A DNA stretch of 64,000 bases from an uncultured delta proteobacterium (GCA_963760795.1 CAVXEP010000018.1:64183-128182); one strand, 5' to 3'; numbered from the stretch's first letter, positions 31,341-41,403 are shown. A program made the numbers and translations. Notes: generated by a model from the letters alone, not told the origin.

Positions 31341-32402
31341 ATGGCCGACTCACATGCCGTCCCGGAAACACCCGAAGTCATCGCCCTACACAATCGATTG
31401 GCGGAATATTCCCTGGGCGGCCACTGGCAGCCGCGCGAGAAGAATCCCGATTTGGTGCCGCATCTGTGGCCCTGGTCGATCATCCATTCCTGCCTGATGG
31501 AGTCCGGCGAAGTGATCAAGTTGGGCGGCATCGATGACGCCGCCAAACGGCGCACCGTGCAATTGGTCAATCCGTCGTTGACAAATAAGAAGGCGACAAC
31601 GCGCACGTTGCAGATGTCGATTCAACTGGTCAAGCCCGGCGAGCGCGCCGAATGCCACCGCCACACCGCGGCGGCGCTGCGCTTTGTCGTCGAAGGCGAC
31701 GGCACCGGCTACACCAACGTCGAAGGCGAGCAGATGCTGATGGAGCCCGGCGATCTCGTGCTTACGCCCCACTGGACCTGGCATGACCATTTTAACTGTG
31801 GCGAGAAAAATCTCGTCTGGCTCGACGTCCTCGATGCTCCTCTGACCAACCATCTCGACGCCACCTTCCACGAGAACTTCGCCGAGGGGCCGTCCCAGCC
31901 CATCGTCAAGCCCGAAGGTTTCGGCAAGCAACAATACGGCGCGATCCGCCCGCGCATGACCAACCCCAGCAACTCCGCCCTGCCTTACAATTACAAATGG
32001 CGCGACGCTGAACGCGCCTTAAACGATATCTCCGCCTCGGGCCAGCGCGACGCCCATGACGGCGTGCTGCTAGAATACTCGCACCCGATCACCGGCGGCT
32101 CGACCATGCCGACCATCGGCTGCTGGGTGCAAATGATTCCGCCGGGCGAATCGACCAAACCGCACCGCCACACCAGCAGCACCATCTACCACGTCGTCCA
32201 AGGCGGCGGCGTCATCACCGTCGGCAAGCAAAAGGGCGACGGCGAACAGCTTGGCTGGGGTGCCCACGATTGCTTCTTCGTGCCGTCCTGGAACTGGCAC
32301 TCCTTCGAAAACAAATCGACGAAGGAACCGGCGATTATTTTCTCCGTCACCGACCGGCCGGTGCTGGAAAGCTTGGGCTTGTTCAGGGAAGAAGCGGCGT
32401 GA
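31341..32402 (+). CDS. Gentisate 1,2-dioxygenase-like bicupin (paralogue 3)
   Basis: RRTVQLVNP, CHRHTAAALRF, TPHWTWHDH, PHRHT, VPSWNWH, TDRPV. Confidence 0.88.
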   Translation: MADSHAVPETPEVIALHNRLAEYSLGGHWQPREKNPDLVPHLWPWSIIHSCLMESGEVIKLGGIDDAAKRRTVQLVNPSLTNKKATTRTLQMSIQLVKPGERAECHRHTAAALRFVVEGDGTGYTNVEGEQMLMEPGDLVLTPHWTWHDHFNCGEKNLVWLDVLDAPLTNHLDATFHENFAEGPSQPIVKPEGFGKQQYGAIRPRMTNPSNSALPYNYKWRDAERALNDISASGQRDAHDGVLLEYSHPITGGSTMPTIGCWVQMIPPGESTKPHRHTSSTIYHVVQGGGVITVGKQKGDGEQLGWGAHDCFFVPSWNWHSFENKSTKEPAIIFSVTDRPVLESLGLFREEAA

Positions 32403-32444
32403 GAAGATATGGAGTATTGGAATGTTGGAGTGAGGGGAATGAAA

Positions 32445-32498
32445 GGAGCGCGAACCTTCTAGCCCGCGGGAATCGGCGGACAAGAATGTCCGCGCTCC
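32445..32498. repeat. GGAG-footed REP doublet
   Basis: ggagcgcg...gcggacaagaatgtccgcgctcc; second copy at 53140-53204. Confidence 0.7.
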
Positions 32499-32607
32499 CA
32501 TCGAGAATCGGCATGCCAACTCCACTGGCAAGTCTTTAAATATAGCTCGGCGCTAAACTGAGCGATTCTCGTTGCGTTTCCCCGCAGTCCGCTTTCTCTT
32601 ACGAAGC

Positions 32608-32717
32608 ATTCCCGCGAACGCGGATTCCAGGTGACGGACAGCGTCCGTCATACCGTTGAAAAACGGTATCCAGGTTAAGGGGATGGGGATGACTGCCGGT
32701 TTTCACCGGCATGACGG
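32608..32717. repeat. GTCAT...ATCCAG-type palindromic repeat cluster
   Basis: cgtcataccgttgaaaaacggtatccag...ccggttttcaccggcatgacg. Confidence 0.75.
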
Positions 32718-32782
32718 AACGTAGTTCGCCGCAAGCAGACTCTCGCTAATTCATCTCTCCGACTTACCTCAGAAATTCCGCA

Positions 32783-34339
32783 CTAGCGTGCCCGCGGTTT
32801 GAGATCCCAGCCGTAGACGTCTTCGCCTGGATTCGCCTTGAAGTCGAACTTGTTGCTCACTCCTTGCAGGCCTTGATACTGGTACAGCCAAACCACCGGC
32901 GCTTCGTCCATCAGCACCGACATCGCCTTTTGCAGGAGCTTCACGCGCTGGGCCGGATCGAAGCTCGCCTGTTCCGCCTCCAGCGCGGCGTCCACCGCCG
33001 GGTTGGAGAACTCCAGCCGCTTGGTGACTCCGGTGCGAAAATACTGGTGCAGGTATTCACTGGGATCGACGACCGCGCCGCGCCCGAAGATATACATGCC
33101 GGCTTTACCATTTTGGATGGCGGCAAAGCCGCTGTCTTGATCTTGCGTGCGCAGTTTAGCGCGTATCCCCACGTCGTTGAGCATGCCGCCGATCGCCTCG
33201 GCGACATCCTTGACCTTGTTGTATTGGCCAACGGGCACTAGGAAATCGACCTCAAAGCCGTTGGGAAAGCCGGCTTGGGACAGTAACTTCTTCGCCCTCG
33301 CCGGGTCATGGTTGTACTTGGGACGGATCTCGCGATTGTAGCCGTATTGGTCTGGTCCCACCGGCGCGTCCATCGGATAGGCATAGCCCTTGAGCACGTT
33401 TTGCGTCAGCGCATTGCGATCGATGGCGTAGTTGACCGCCTGACGCACCAGTTTGTTTTGAAACTGCGGCACCGAGCTGTGCATGCCGAGAAACATGATA
33501 TTAATCGTCCGCGCGCTCTCGATCCGCGCCAGGCCGGTCACTCGCGAGGCGCTCTCAGGCGGGACGTTGGAGATGATGTCGACTTCCTTGTTCAACAGCG
33601 AGGTGATCGCGACCTCCGACTCGGGAATGTTGCGGAAGACGATTTCGTCCACCGTCGGCTTGTGGTCGCTATGCGCGTAGCCAGCGTTCTTTTCCACGAC
33701 GAACCACTGGCCGCGCACCCACTCCTTGAACTTATAAGGCCCCGTGCCCAGCGCCAGCTTGTCGGCCGCCGCCGCGCCCAAGCGATCATAAGCCGCCTTG
33801 TTGGTGATAAAGCGCTGCCCGAGGCGAAACAGTAGCGCGGCATCCGGATTTTTCGTCCGCAGCCGAACCGTCAAAGGGTCCACCGCCTCGATGGCGGTAA
33901 CATGGGCGATCGAGGTCACCTGTTTGCTATCGGGGTCCTTCTGGACGCGCGTGAAAGAGTGCACGACATCGGCCGAGGTGAACTCGCTGCCGTCGTGGAA
34001 CTTGATGCCCTTCTTCAGCTTGAACAGCCAGGTGCTCGGGTCCGGATTGCTCCACGACTCGGCGAGAATCGGCACGATGCGTTTCTTGCTCCAATTCCAC
34101 TCGATCAGCGGCTCGATGACATGTTTCCAAGTCGGATAGATCTGTGTGGTCGAGTGACCGTAAGGGTTCAGGGTCTCCACCTGCACGCCCGGGAGTGCGA
34201 CGGTGGCACTAACCTTTTGATCGGTCTTCGCGGCAGCCATTACCGAAGTTGGCCCGATAATTAACGGAACCAGCACCTGCTCCGCCCCGACAAAATGAAA
34301 CAAGAACACAGAGAAAGCGACGATTCGGAATTTTAGCAT
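32783..34339 (-). CDS. Family 5 (peptide/nickel) ABC substrate-binding protein
   Basis: Signal peptide, KFHDGSEFTSADV, GTGPYKF, VRQAVNYAIDR. Confidence 0.92.
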   Translation of the reverse strand: MLKFRIVAFSVFLFHFVGAEQVLVPLIIGPTSVMAAAKTDQKVSATVALPGVQVETLNPYGHSTTQIYPTWKHVIEPLIEWNWSKKRIVPILAESWSNPDPSTWLFKLKKGIKFHDGSEFTSADVVHSFTRVQKDPDSKQVTSIAHVTAIEAVDPLTVRLRTKNPDAALLFRLGQRFITNKAAYDRLGAAAADKLALGTGPYKFKEWVRGQWFVVEKNAGYAHSDHKPTVDEIVFRNIPESEVAITSLLNKEVDIISNVPPESASRVTGLARIESARTINIMFLGMHSSVPQFQNKLVRQAVNYAIDRNALTQNVLKGYAYPMDAPVGPDQYGYNREIRPKYNHDPARAKKLLSQAGFPNGFEVDFLVPVGQYNKVKDVAEAIGGMLNDVGIRAKLRTQDQDSGFAAIQNGKAGMYIFGRGAVVDPSEYLHQYFRTGVTKRLEFSNPAVDAALEAEQASFDPAQRVKLLQKAMSVLMDEAPVVWLYQYQGLQGVSNKFDFKANPGEDVYGWDLKPRAR

Positions 34340-34419
34340 GGCAACTTGACCCCCAAACTTTCTTCAGCCTTTCCAATCTGCTTGATCTCAAACCGAAACA
34401 GCTCTAACCATACGCGCGA

Positions 34420-34866
34420 TCACGTCGTCGGAGGGATAACGGCTAATCCGTGCCGCCGAGCAACTTCGACCAGTTTGCCAAGGTCCGGCTTATCGGGCGA
34501 AATCTCGCGATCGAGGTCGGTGAACATAACCGAGGCGCCTTCGCGCGAAGTCATCGATATCATTTCGCCGCCGCCTTTGCCGAAGCGGAACCAGTGCGTC
34601 GTGCCGGCGGGCAGATGCACGAGCGTGCCTGCCAAGGCAGTGGTCTCGCTGCCGTCAATGCCGAAGGCGATTTCGCCCTTGATGACATAGAACGATTCAT
34701 CCCAAGGATGGTTATGCGGCGGCGGGCCGCTGCTTTCGGGCCCCTGTTGCAGGAATATTTCATAGCTGCCGGTCTGTGCGCCCGAGGCGAGCACAGTGAT
34801 TTGTTCGCCCACAAGCTTTAACGGCCTCGGTGCGTTTCCGGGCGTGACGACGAAAGGTTTAGGCAT
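34420..34866 (-). CDS. Cupin domain protein
   Basis: PPPHNHPWDESFYV...PAGTTHWF. Confidence 0.88.
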   Translation of the reverse strand: MPKPFVVTPGNAPRPLKLVGEQITVLASGAQTGSYEIFLQQGPESSGPPPHNHPWDESFYVIKGEIAFGIDGSETTALAGTLVHLPAGTTHWFRFGKGGGEMISMTSREGASVMFTDLDREISPDKPDLGKLVEVARRHGLAVIPPTT

Positions 34867-35459
34867 AGGGAACCTCCATGATTAATTGAGCGTATTTGCG
34901 CACGTAGCACTTTGTCTGATGTTACCAGCAATGTCGACCTCTCGCCGCGAGCCAGCGTATCACTGCACACCTTCTCTAATATAAAGGCAAAATTATATCT
35001 CTCACAACGTGGCAGGGAGTCAAGGTCAACTCGGATGGAGCTGGTACCGACCTAAATCACCAATCGATTTAAATCGACCGGTAGGAGAAATCAGTTCAAT
35101 CCTATGTGCTGATGAGTCGAAAAGAAAACAGCGGCCCGATGTGGAGCGCCGGTATGATGTGAGATAAATTTTCTTTGAGCGTGTGACTCAGCTTTATGCG
35201 CAAACCCCGCAACAGCGCAATTTTCACCAAACACTCGTGCGATTGACTACTCGCAGTTCGGCGATGTGGCACCCGGGAGAGAAAAAGTGTTGTTAAAAAA
35301 TTCCCTCTATGAATACGTCGCCTTGTTCCTGACCGGCTTGGCCGGCGATAAACTTCTCGACCACGGCCTTGTCTTCGCCTTGCGATACGACTGCCCCGGG
35401 ACTGGCTCCCGGATGGAAAATAGCCAGTAAGCTGCAACGCAGATCCTTCATCATGATTC

Positions 35460-36377
35460 TCATTCGCCGATCGCCATTGCATTCCGATAATAGAAAAGAT
35501 CGACATACTTCTCGACCGGCGGAACGGGTTGGGCCATATAGCCCAGTTGGGCTCGTAACTCGATCGCGGTCAGAACTCCCGGCAGATTGACGGCCGCTCT
35601 GGGGTACAGGCCGCGCCGTGGATCGAGCAGCGCATCGAGTGTGCGTTCGGCTACGCTTCCCTGAATATCGTTGTGGCGCGCGAGCATGTCGAGGCAAGCC
35701 GGGCGATTCGCGCTCGCGAAACACCACTCGGTCGCTTCCACGTAGGCGCGGATGTAACGAATCATGCGCTCAGGATTTCGCTCTGCCCAATTCCGGCTCG
35801 CCGCCCCGCAGGTGCCTTGGTAAGTGGGGATCATCTCGAAATCTCGCGCCAGCAGATGACCGCCGGCACTCAGGGAATTCTCGACGAAAGGCTCGGTTAA
35901 CAGAGTCGCACTGATTTTGCCGTCCATTAGGGACTCATAGCGGCTTTGCCAACCGCCGACCTCGATCAATTCATAATCGTCTCTCGCAAAGCCTCGGTCC
36001 TGGAGCAATTTTACCAGCACTAAGACCAGGCCGCTGGTTTTGGCATCGACGCCAATGAATTTGCCGCGCAGTGAATTGACGGCTGGGCAGTCCGGCGCGC
36101 CGACCAAACTGAAAAGACCCGGATGAAGCCCCATGAAGATGAACAAGTCGGAGCCCTCTGTGTTTTCGACATCGGCGATCACGTCGTCGGCGCCCGTGTG
36201 GCCGATATCGCATCGGCCGGCTCTCAGCGCTTCGCTAAGAAACACAGAGCCCGGCGTGTAGGCGGCTTCAACGCCAAGCCCGTGGTGGGCGAAAATTCCG
36301 CTCTCGACCCCGGCATGCACCGGCAAGTTGTACGCCGCGCGAAACTGCAAAAGTTTGATGGTCTCGGGAAATTTCAT
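35460..36377 (-). CDS. NMT1/SsuA-type SBP-fold protein lacking a signal peptide
   Basis: GIFAHHGLGVE, LRGKFIGVD, YVDLFY. Confidence 0.8.
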   Translation of the reverse strand: MKFPETIKLLQFRAAYNLPVHAGVESGIFAHHGLGVEAAYTPGSVFLSEALRAGRCDIGHTGADDVIADVENTEGSDLFIFMGLHPGLFSLVGAPDCPAVNSLRGKFIGVDAKTSGLVLVLVKLLQDRGFARDDYELIEVGGWQSRYESLMDGKISATLLTEPFVENSLSAGGHLLARDFEMIPTYQGTCGAASRNWAERNPERMIRYIRAYVEATEWCFASANRPACLDMLARHNDIQGSVAERTLDALLDPRRGLYPRAAVNLPGVLTAIELRAQLGYMAQPVPPVEKYVDLFYYRNAMAIGE

Positions 36378-36498
36378 AGCGATGCGTCTCGTTCTGCTCC
36401 TATCACGGTGGGCGGGAAAGTTGAACCAATGAGCGCGGCCAACTTGACAAGGTGTGGGGTTTCCCATTACTGCTCAAAAAACAATTGGAGGTGAACTC

Positions 36499-36885
36499 AT
36501 GCCCTTAAAGGTGATGCGAATCGAAGATGCGCCGATCAGGCTGATGCGCTGGGACCGCGGCAAGGCGCTCCGTCTGGTCGACGAAGCCGACGGCGCAAAG
36601 AACGTCGACGTGCATATCAATCTGATCAACGTCGACTCGGGGCCCGGCCCGACGCACTATCACGCGAAAGCGGAAAATATTTACGTCGTCCTGGAAGGCA
36701 ACGTCGAGGCGATCGTCGAGGGGAAAAAGTATCGCCTCGGCCCCGGCGAGGTGGCCTTCATCCCGCCTGGCGTACGCCACCAGGCCGGCAATTGTGGCGA
36801 CAAGATTGCCCGCGTGCTGGAGATCTACGCTCCGGCCGGAGAGGATTTTCACATCGTCGATGATTCGGAGAATGAACCGCGTTAA
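36499..36885 (+). CDS. Cupin domain protein
   Basis: HYH...ENIYVVLEG...PPGVRH; GGAGGT RBS. Confidence 0.85.
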   Translation: MPLKVMRIEDAPIRLMRWDRGKALRLVDEADGAKNVDVHINLINVDSGPGPTHYHAKAENIYVVLEGNVEAIVEGKKYRLGPGEVAFIPPGVRHQAGNCGDKIARVLEIYAPAGEDFHIVDDSENEPR

Positions 36886-37863
36886 GTGACTAACGGGGTC
36901 GTGAAAATGCAATTTGGCGTGTTACTACCGCACTTCGGCAAAACCGTTTCACCGTCACGCATCATCGACGGCGGTAAGCTGTGCGAGGAATTGGGATTTG
37001 ATTCCATCTGGGTGCGCGATCACTTGATCTGGAACCCGCACGGCATGGAGCGGGCCGGCTTAAGGTTCGTCGAACCCTTCGTTACGCTTTCGGCGGTCGC
37101 CGCCGTGACGAGAAAAATAACCTTAGGCACCGCGGTGCTGGTGCCAGTGCGCTGGCCGCTCAAACTCAGCCAAGACCTCGCCAGTCTCTCGTATCTTGCG
37201 GGCGGCCGGGTGATCGCCGGAATCGGTTTGGGATTCAATCCCGAGGAACTCGCCACGGTCGGCATGCGCCTTGAGGATCGCGTAGACATCATGCGCGAGA
37301 CCGTCGAGATCGCGCGCTTGATCTGGAACGAAGATAACGTGTCCTACAAGGGCAAGGTGTTTTCGTTCGATCATGTCACCATCGAACCCAAGCCGGCTGA
37401 ACCCATCCCAATCTTCGGCGGCGGCAGCACGCGCGCCGCGATCCGACGAGTGGCCGAGTATTGCGACGGTTGGATTCCCGGCCGCGTGCCGCTGGCGACT
37501 TTCGACGACCGGGTAAGATATTTGCGGCAGATCACCGATCGGAAAATTATTCTCGGCAATATTCCCATCACCCGTATCGAGAAGGATCGCAGGAAAGCGC
37601 GCGACAGCGTCGACGTCGCCGCCCTCGCCGAGAGTTCGGAAGGAAGCAGCCACTGGATCAAACCGCCGTCGGGAAAGTTTCAAACCATCGAAGACCTGGA
37701 AGGTTTGTTGATCGTCGGCAACCCCGATGACTGCGCCGCCGAGATCGAAAAGTACCGCGGGCGAGGCGTCGAGCATTTGGTTTTCGACCTACGACTGCAA
37801 TACGATCGCTTCGAAGAGAGCTTGGAGCTGATCAGCACGGAACTTCTGCCGCGGTTTCGTTAA
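36886..37863 (+). CDS. LLM-class flavin/F420-dependent oxidoreductase
   Basis: GFDSIWVRDH, LGTAVLV, RRVAEYCDGW. Confidence 0.9.
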   Translation: MTNGVVKMQFGVLLPHFGKTVSPSRIIDGGKLCEELGFDSIWVRDHLIWNPHGMERAGLRFVEPFVTLSAVAAVTRKITLGTAVLVPVRWPLKLSQDLASLSYLAGGRVIAGIGLGFNPEELATVGMRLEDRVDIMRETVEIARLIWNEDNVSYKGKVFSFDHVTIEPKPAEPIPIFGGGSTRAAIRRVAEYCDGWIPGRVPLATFDDRVRYLRQITDRKIILGNIPITRIEKDRRKARDSVDVAALAESSEGSSHWIKPPSGKFQTIEDLEGLLIVGNPDDCAAEIEKYRGRGVEHLVFDLRLQYDRFEESLELISTELLPRFR

Positions 37864-37957
37864 ACCACCGGCGCCACGCAATGCTAACGTTCACGTTCGG
37901 GGGCGCGGCGGGAACGATGCCAGAACACAGGCGACCGCTGGTGTGCGTTTTGGAACA
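37862..37957 (+). repeat. ~95-bp direct repeat, copy 1 (resembles an attC left arm)
   Basis: gcgccacgcaatgctaacgttcacgttcgggggcgcggcggg...; near-identical to 39917-40016. Confidence 0.8.
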
Positions 37958-38016
37958 TGCGAGAACCTCAGGATTCGTAATAGGTTAACATAGCTGGCTG
38001 GGAAGCAATGATTCAA

Positions 38017-38094
38017 GCCTCTCAAGGGGTTCACCGGGCGGCGGCAGGCGCCGAAGGCGCCTGTGTGACGCTCCGGTGCAACTGGATGTTCGGC
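38017..38094 (+). other. Degenerate attC-like hairpin
   Basis: GTTCACCGG-GCG...CGC-T-CCGGTG-C-AAC-N5-GTTCGGC, a stem with two extrahelical bases; left R box degraded. Confidence 0.55.
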
Positions 38095-38205
38095 GTCATC
38101 TTTACTCGGACGCCTGAATACCAGTCAGCTTCGCTCTCTTCTCCCATCGAACCCATGCCTCGACGAGGAAGCTTGCAAACGCTTGCGCCGACGTGGGGTC
38201 AGGTG

Positions 38206-39579
38206 TCACGGCCGGTCGGGGACCCAATCTCCGTGGAAGCCAAAGGGCACACGCACGGGAAGCTCAACGACCGCCAAAGGCGGACCGGCGAAGTCTTGAG
38301 CCGACAGAATCACAACGTCGCTGGCGTTGCGCTTTGCATCGAAGACGTAGGCCATGACATAGCCATCGTCCTCGTCGGTTGCCCCGCTGCGAGGCACGAA
38401 CACCGGCTCCAGGGACGCGTGACCGGTGCCGAAGTCGTGCGCTTCCGTGCGTCCACTGCGTACGTCGTGCTTGTAGAGGGGCCCGGAGCTCACCTTGTCT
38501 CCCCACCAGTGCGCCGTGTAGGCATAGCGATAGCTCTGTCCGCCGAGGCGGTCGTCAAAGCGCGGAAATTCGCCGCCGTGCTCGTCGAGAAGGCGCTCGG
38601 TCAGCCGACCACGGACGCGATCCAGGGTCCAGCGCACCAGGACCGGCGTGCCCTCGTTCGGCCCCTGCTGGTCGTGATCGTGCGTGCGCGGGTGGCGCAC
38701 CACATCCACTACCACTTCGCCGCCGTCAGCCTCGTAGGCGTTCACGATATGGAAGACGTAGCAGGACGGCGCCTCGAACCAGATCAGGCCGCCAAGATCG
38801 CCGTTGCGCGGCAAGAGGCCGATGCGCGGAGCCTGCTGGTCGTTCCAGAAATAAGGGAAGGTATGCCCCGGGACCCGTTGCGGCTGAAAAGTGACCGGCA
38901 GGTCGAGCACGACGACGAAGTTCCGAGTGAAGCCCACATCGTGCACCATCGGCATATGCGGCGCGGAAATGTCGGCCCGGGTCTCGGCTCGGCCCGCAGC
39001 GTCCACTGCCACATAGCGCAGCGTCGGCCGATCTGGCACGTAGGTCATGGCGACGAATTCGCCCGTCACGGGATCGCGCTTTGGATGCGCGGTGAAACCG
39101 CCTTCAAGCGTCCCGCCGAAATCCGAGCGCGCGACGCTCTCCAGGTTGTAGTCCAATTCGATCGGCAGCTGACCAGCCTCCACGATAGCCAGCACACGGC
39201 CCCCGATGAGCGTGACGTTGGTGTTCACAGACGTCTGACCGTCGCCTGGCCCTGGAATTAAGGGTTTGCCCAGGGCCGCGGCCGCGTCCACGCTCATCGT
39301 GAAGCGGCTGCGATACCATTCCGCACGCCCGCCGCGCAGACGCAGGCCATGCACAAGGCCCGTCCCCGTGAACCAATGGTAGAGGGCCCGGTCCACGGGG
39401 CCGATCGGGCTTGGGCCGATGCGCAAGAGCCTGCCTTCCAACTCATCTGGGACTCGACCACGGGCCTTGAGGCTGAAAACGGTGGTCTCGCTGGTCATCG
39501 GGGCGAAGTTGCCGCTGAGGTACGCATTCCCAGCTGCACCGTGCGAGGGAGCCAACTGTGCCGTGGTGTTTTCGGACAT
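38206..39579 (-). CDS. Carotenoid/lignostilbene cleavage oxygenase (RPE65 family)
   Basis: YLSGNFAP and four Fe-His motifs (TAHP, MVHD, VFHI, GFHG); EFPR, EDDG. Confidence 0.93.
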   Translation of the reverse strand: MSENTTAQLAPSHGAAGNAYLSGNFAPMTSETTVFSLKARGRVPDELEGRLLRIGPSPIGPVDRALYHWFTGTGLVHGLRLRGGRAEWYRSRFTMSVDAAAALGKPLIPGPGDGQTSVNTNVTLIGGRVLAIVEAGQLPIELDYNLESVARSDFGGTLEGGFTAHPKRDPVTGEFVAMTYVPDRPTLRYVAVDAAGRAETRADISAPHMPMVHDVGFTRNFVVVLDLPVTFQPQRVPGHTFPYFWNDQQAPRIGLLPRNGDLGGLIWFEAPSCYVFHIVNAYEADGGEVVVDVVRHPRTHDHDQQGPNEGTPVLVRWTLDRVRGRLTERLLDEHGGEFPRFDDRLGGQSYRYAYTAHWWGDKVSSGPLYKHDVRSGRTEAHDFGTGHASLEPVFVPRSGATDEDDGYVMAYVFDAKRNASDVVILSAQDFAGPPLAVVELPVRVPFGFHGDWVPDRP

Positions 39580-39916
39580 ACCGACCTCCTGCGATGTGGG
39601 TAATGCTCTCGTGAGGCTATCGATCTCGACACCTCCGGTCAATGTGACTGTACAATGTAAGAGCGGCGTCTCGCACCGCTGTCGCGTCGTGAGGGGCCGC
39701 GACGCGAGCGCGTACCTGAAGGTGCTCTTAAAGGATTGGTCATGCACTGCCTGCCAGCAAGTCGATCTGCCTTGATGACTCCGGCGCCGCTGGCGGGACC
39801 GGGTTCAGCACTGTGCTGACGTAATGGGGCCGCATCACCTTCGAACAAGGACAGAACCTCTCGCCGATTCCGCAGCCACGGGATCAGCCACGACAGCCTG
39901 CACAGCGGGAGTCCTC

Positions 39917-40016
39917 AAACCGCGGGCGCCACGCAAATGCTAACGTTCACGTTCGGGGGCGCGGCGGGGGACGATGCCAGAACGCAGGCGACCACTGTTG
40001 CGCGTTCCTGGTAACA
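39917..40016 (+). repeat. ~95-bp direct repeat, copy 2
   Basis: Matches 37862-37957. Confidence 0.8.
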
Positions 40017-40057
40017 ACTCGTGCGGCCCGCGCTGGCGCCACTGACGTTGTCGCGGC

Positions 40058-40160
40058 CGCCGATACTCCCTTGAAACAATGATCGATAGTTTCCCGAGTG
40101 CGCGGCCAGGTCGAACTCGCCAGTGGACGATTAGCCGATGATCGGCGCCGATGTAATCGT
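40058..40160 (-). pseudogene. Fragment duplicating the 3' end of the amidohydrolase at 43636-44761
   Basis: actcccttgaaacaatgatcgatagtttcccgagtgcgcggccaggtcga aligns with 43698-43801. Confidence 0.75.
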
Positions 40161-40174
40161 CCAAGATAGCAGCA

Positions 40175-41278
40175 TCAACCCCACACCTGTTTGGCTGTTT
40201 GCATGACCAGCTCGAGCTTACGCTGCTGGTCCTCCCACGAGATCAGATTACCCGCCGCTCCCGAGGCAAAGCCGCACTGCGGGCTGAGGGATAAATTTTC
40301 CAACGGCACAAATTTCGCGGCTTCGTCGATGCGGCGCATTAAGTCATCCTTCGACTCAAGCCGGCCTTCTTTGGTGGTGATCAGTCCCAACACAACTTGT
40401 TTTCCCGGCGGCACGAAGCGCAACGGCTCGAAGCCGCCGGCCCGCGCTGTGTCGTACTCGAGGAGAAAGCGGTCGATATCGAGCTGATTGAAAAGTTTCT
40501 CGGCGATCGGCTCATAGCCGCCTTGCGAATGCCAGTTGCTCCGGCTGTTGCCGCGGCAAATATGCATGGCCAAAGTCACTTGATCGCGCGGCACCCCGGC
40601 CAGCGATGCGTTATCGGCGTCGATGAACTCAGTGAATGCCTGCTCTGGATCCACCCCCTCGGCGCGCATTTGCGCGCGCTGCTGCGCGTCGACGAACGCC
40701 GTATAACCCGGCGCGTCCAGTTGAATATAGGAAACCCTTTCAGCGACTAGCGCGCAAAGTTCCTTTTGAATAATTGCCGCGATGTCAGCCAACAGGTCGG
40801 CGATCGCCGGATACGCCCGGTCGGTCACGCCGCGGCGGTAGTTTCGGCTGCCCAGATAACCCGCGCTGGGCACTGTGACCTTGCATGGCCCATGAGCATG
40901 ACGCAGTAGAAACGACGACTCGTGGGCGGTGATGCGACGGGTTTGGCGCAGCTTGGCGCCAACCACTCGTTCCACCCCGTTGCGACGCGGTGTGCTCTCA
41001 AGCTTCTGCCAATCGCGACCGGATGGCACCGCGACAGATCCCTCTACCGCTTCAGCGAATCCACTGCGAAAAGTCGCGCGCCGATACTCGCCATCGGTAA
41101 ATAGATTAATACCCGCGGCACGCTGCATTTCTATGGCCGCGAGCACCGCTTGGTCTTCAATTTCTCGCAAGCGCGCGCTGTCGATGCGTCCCTCGGTGAA
41201 AACCGCGCGAGCGTTAAGTAGCTCCGGCGGGCGCAGCAAGCTGCCGACGTGATCGGCGCGAAATTTGTTCAGTCCCAT
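40175..41278 (-). CDS. Cobalamin-independent methionine synthase II-family (single-barrel MetE-like) protein
   Basis: RADHVGSLLRP, HICRGN, LEYD, LSPQCGFAS. Confidence 0.9.
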   Translation of the reverse strand: MGLNKFRADHVGSLLRPPELLNARAVFTEGRIDSARLREIEDQAVLAAIEMQRAAGINLFTDGEYRRATFRSGFAEAVEGSVAVPSGRDWQKLESTPRRNGVERVVGAKLRQTRRITAHESSFLLRHAHGPCKVTVPSAGYLGSRNYRRGVTDRAYPAIADLLADIAAIIQKELCALVAERVSYIQLDAPGYTAFVDAQQRAQMRAEGVDPEQAFTEFIDADNASLAGVPRDQVTLAMHICRGNSRSNWHSQGGYEPIAEKLFNQLDIDRFLLEYDTARAGGFEPLRFVPPGKQVVLGLITTKEGRLESKDDLMRRIDEAAKFVPLENLSLSPQCGFASGAAGNLISWEDQQRKLELVMQTAKQVWG

Positions 41279-41403
41279 CTATCGAATTCTCCTAATTCAC
41301 TAGCGCTGCATATAAACCGATGCCGCAGATCGTTTCCATTGATTGACAGCCGACTACGGTTTTCCTACGATCGCGAGATCGTTGCAACAGAAAGGAAAGG
41401 CGG

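Noticed and set aside
35109-35132. CTGATGAGTCGAAAAGAAAAC resembling a hammerhead ribozyme core
   Set aside because: Stem II cannot close, and no stem I/III pairing was found by eye.
38008-39261. Long plus-strand ORF (likewise 19286..20512, 26025..27173, 28002..29201)
   Set aside because: Antisense shadows of well-supported genes in GC-rich DNA, with no recognisable motifs.
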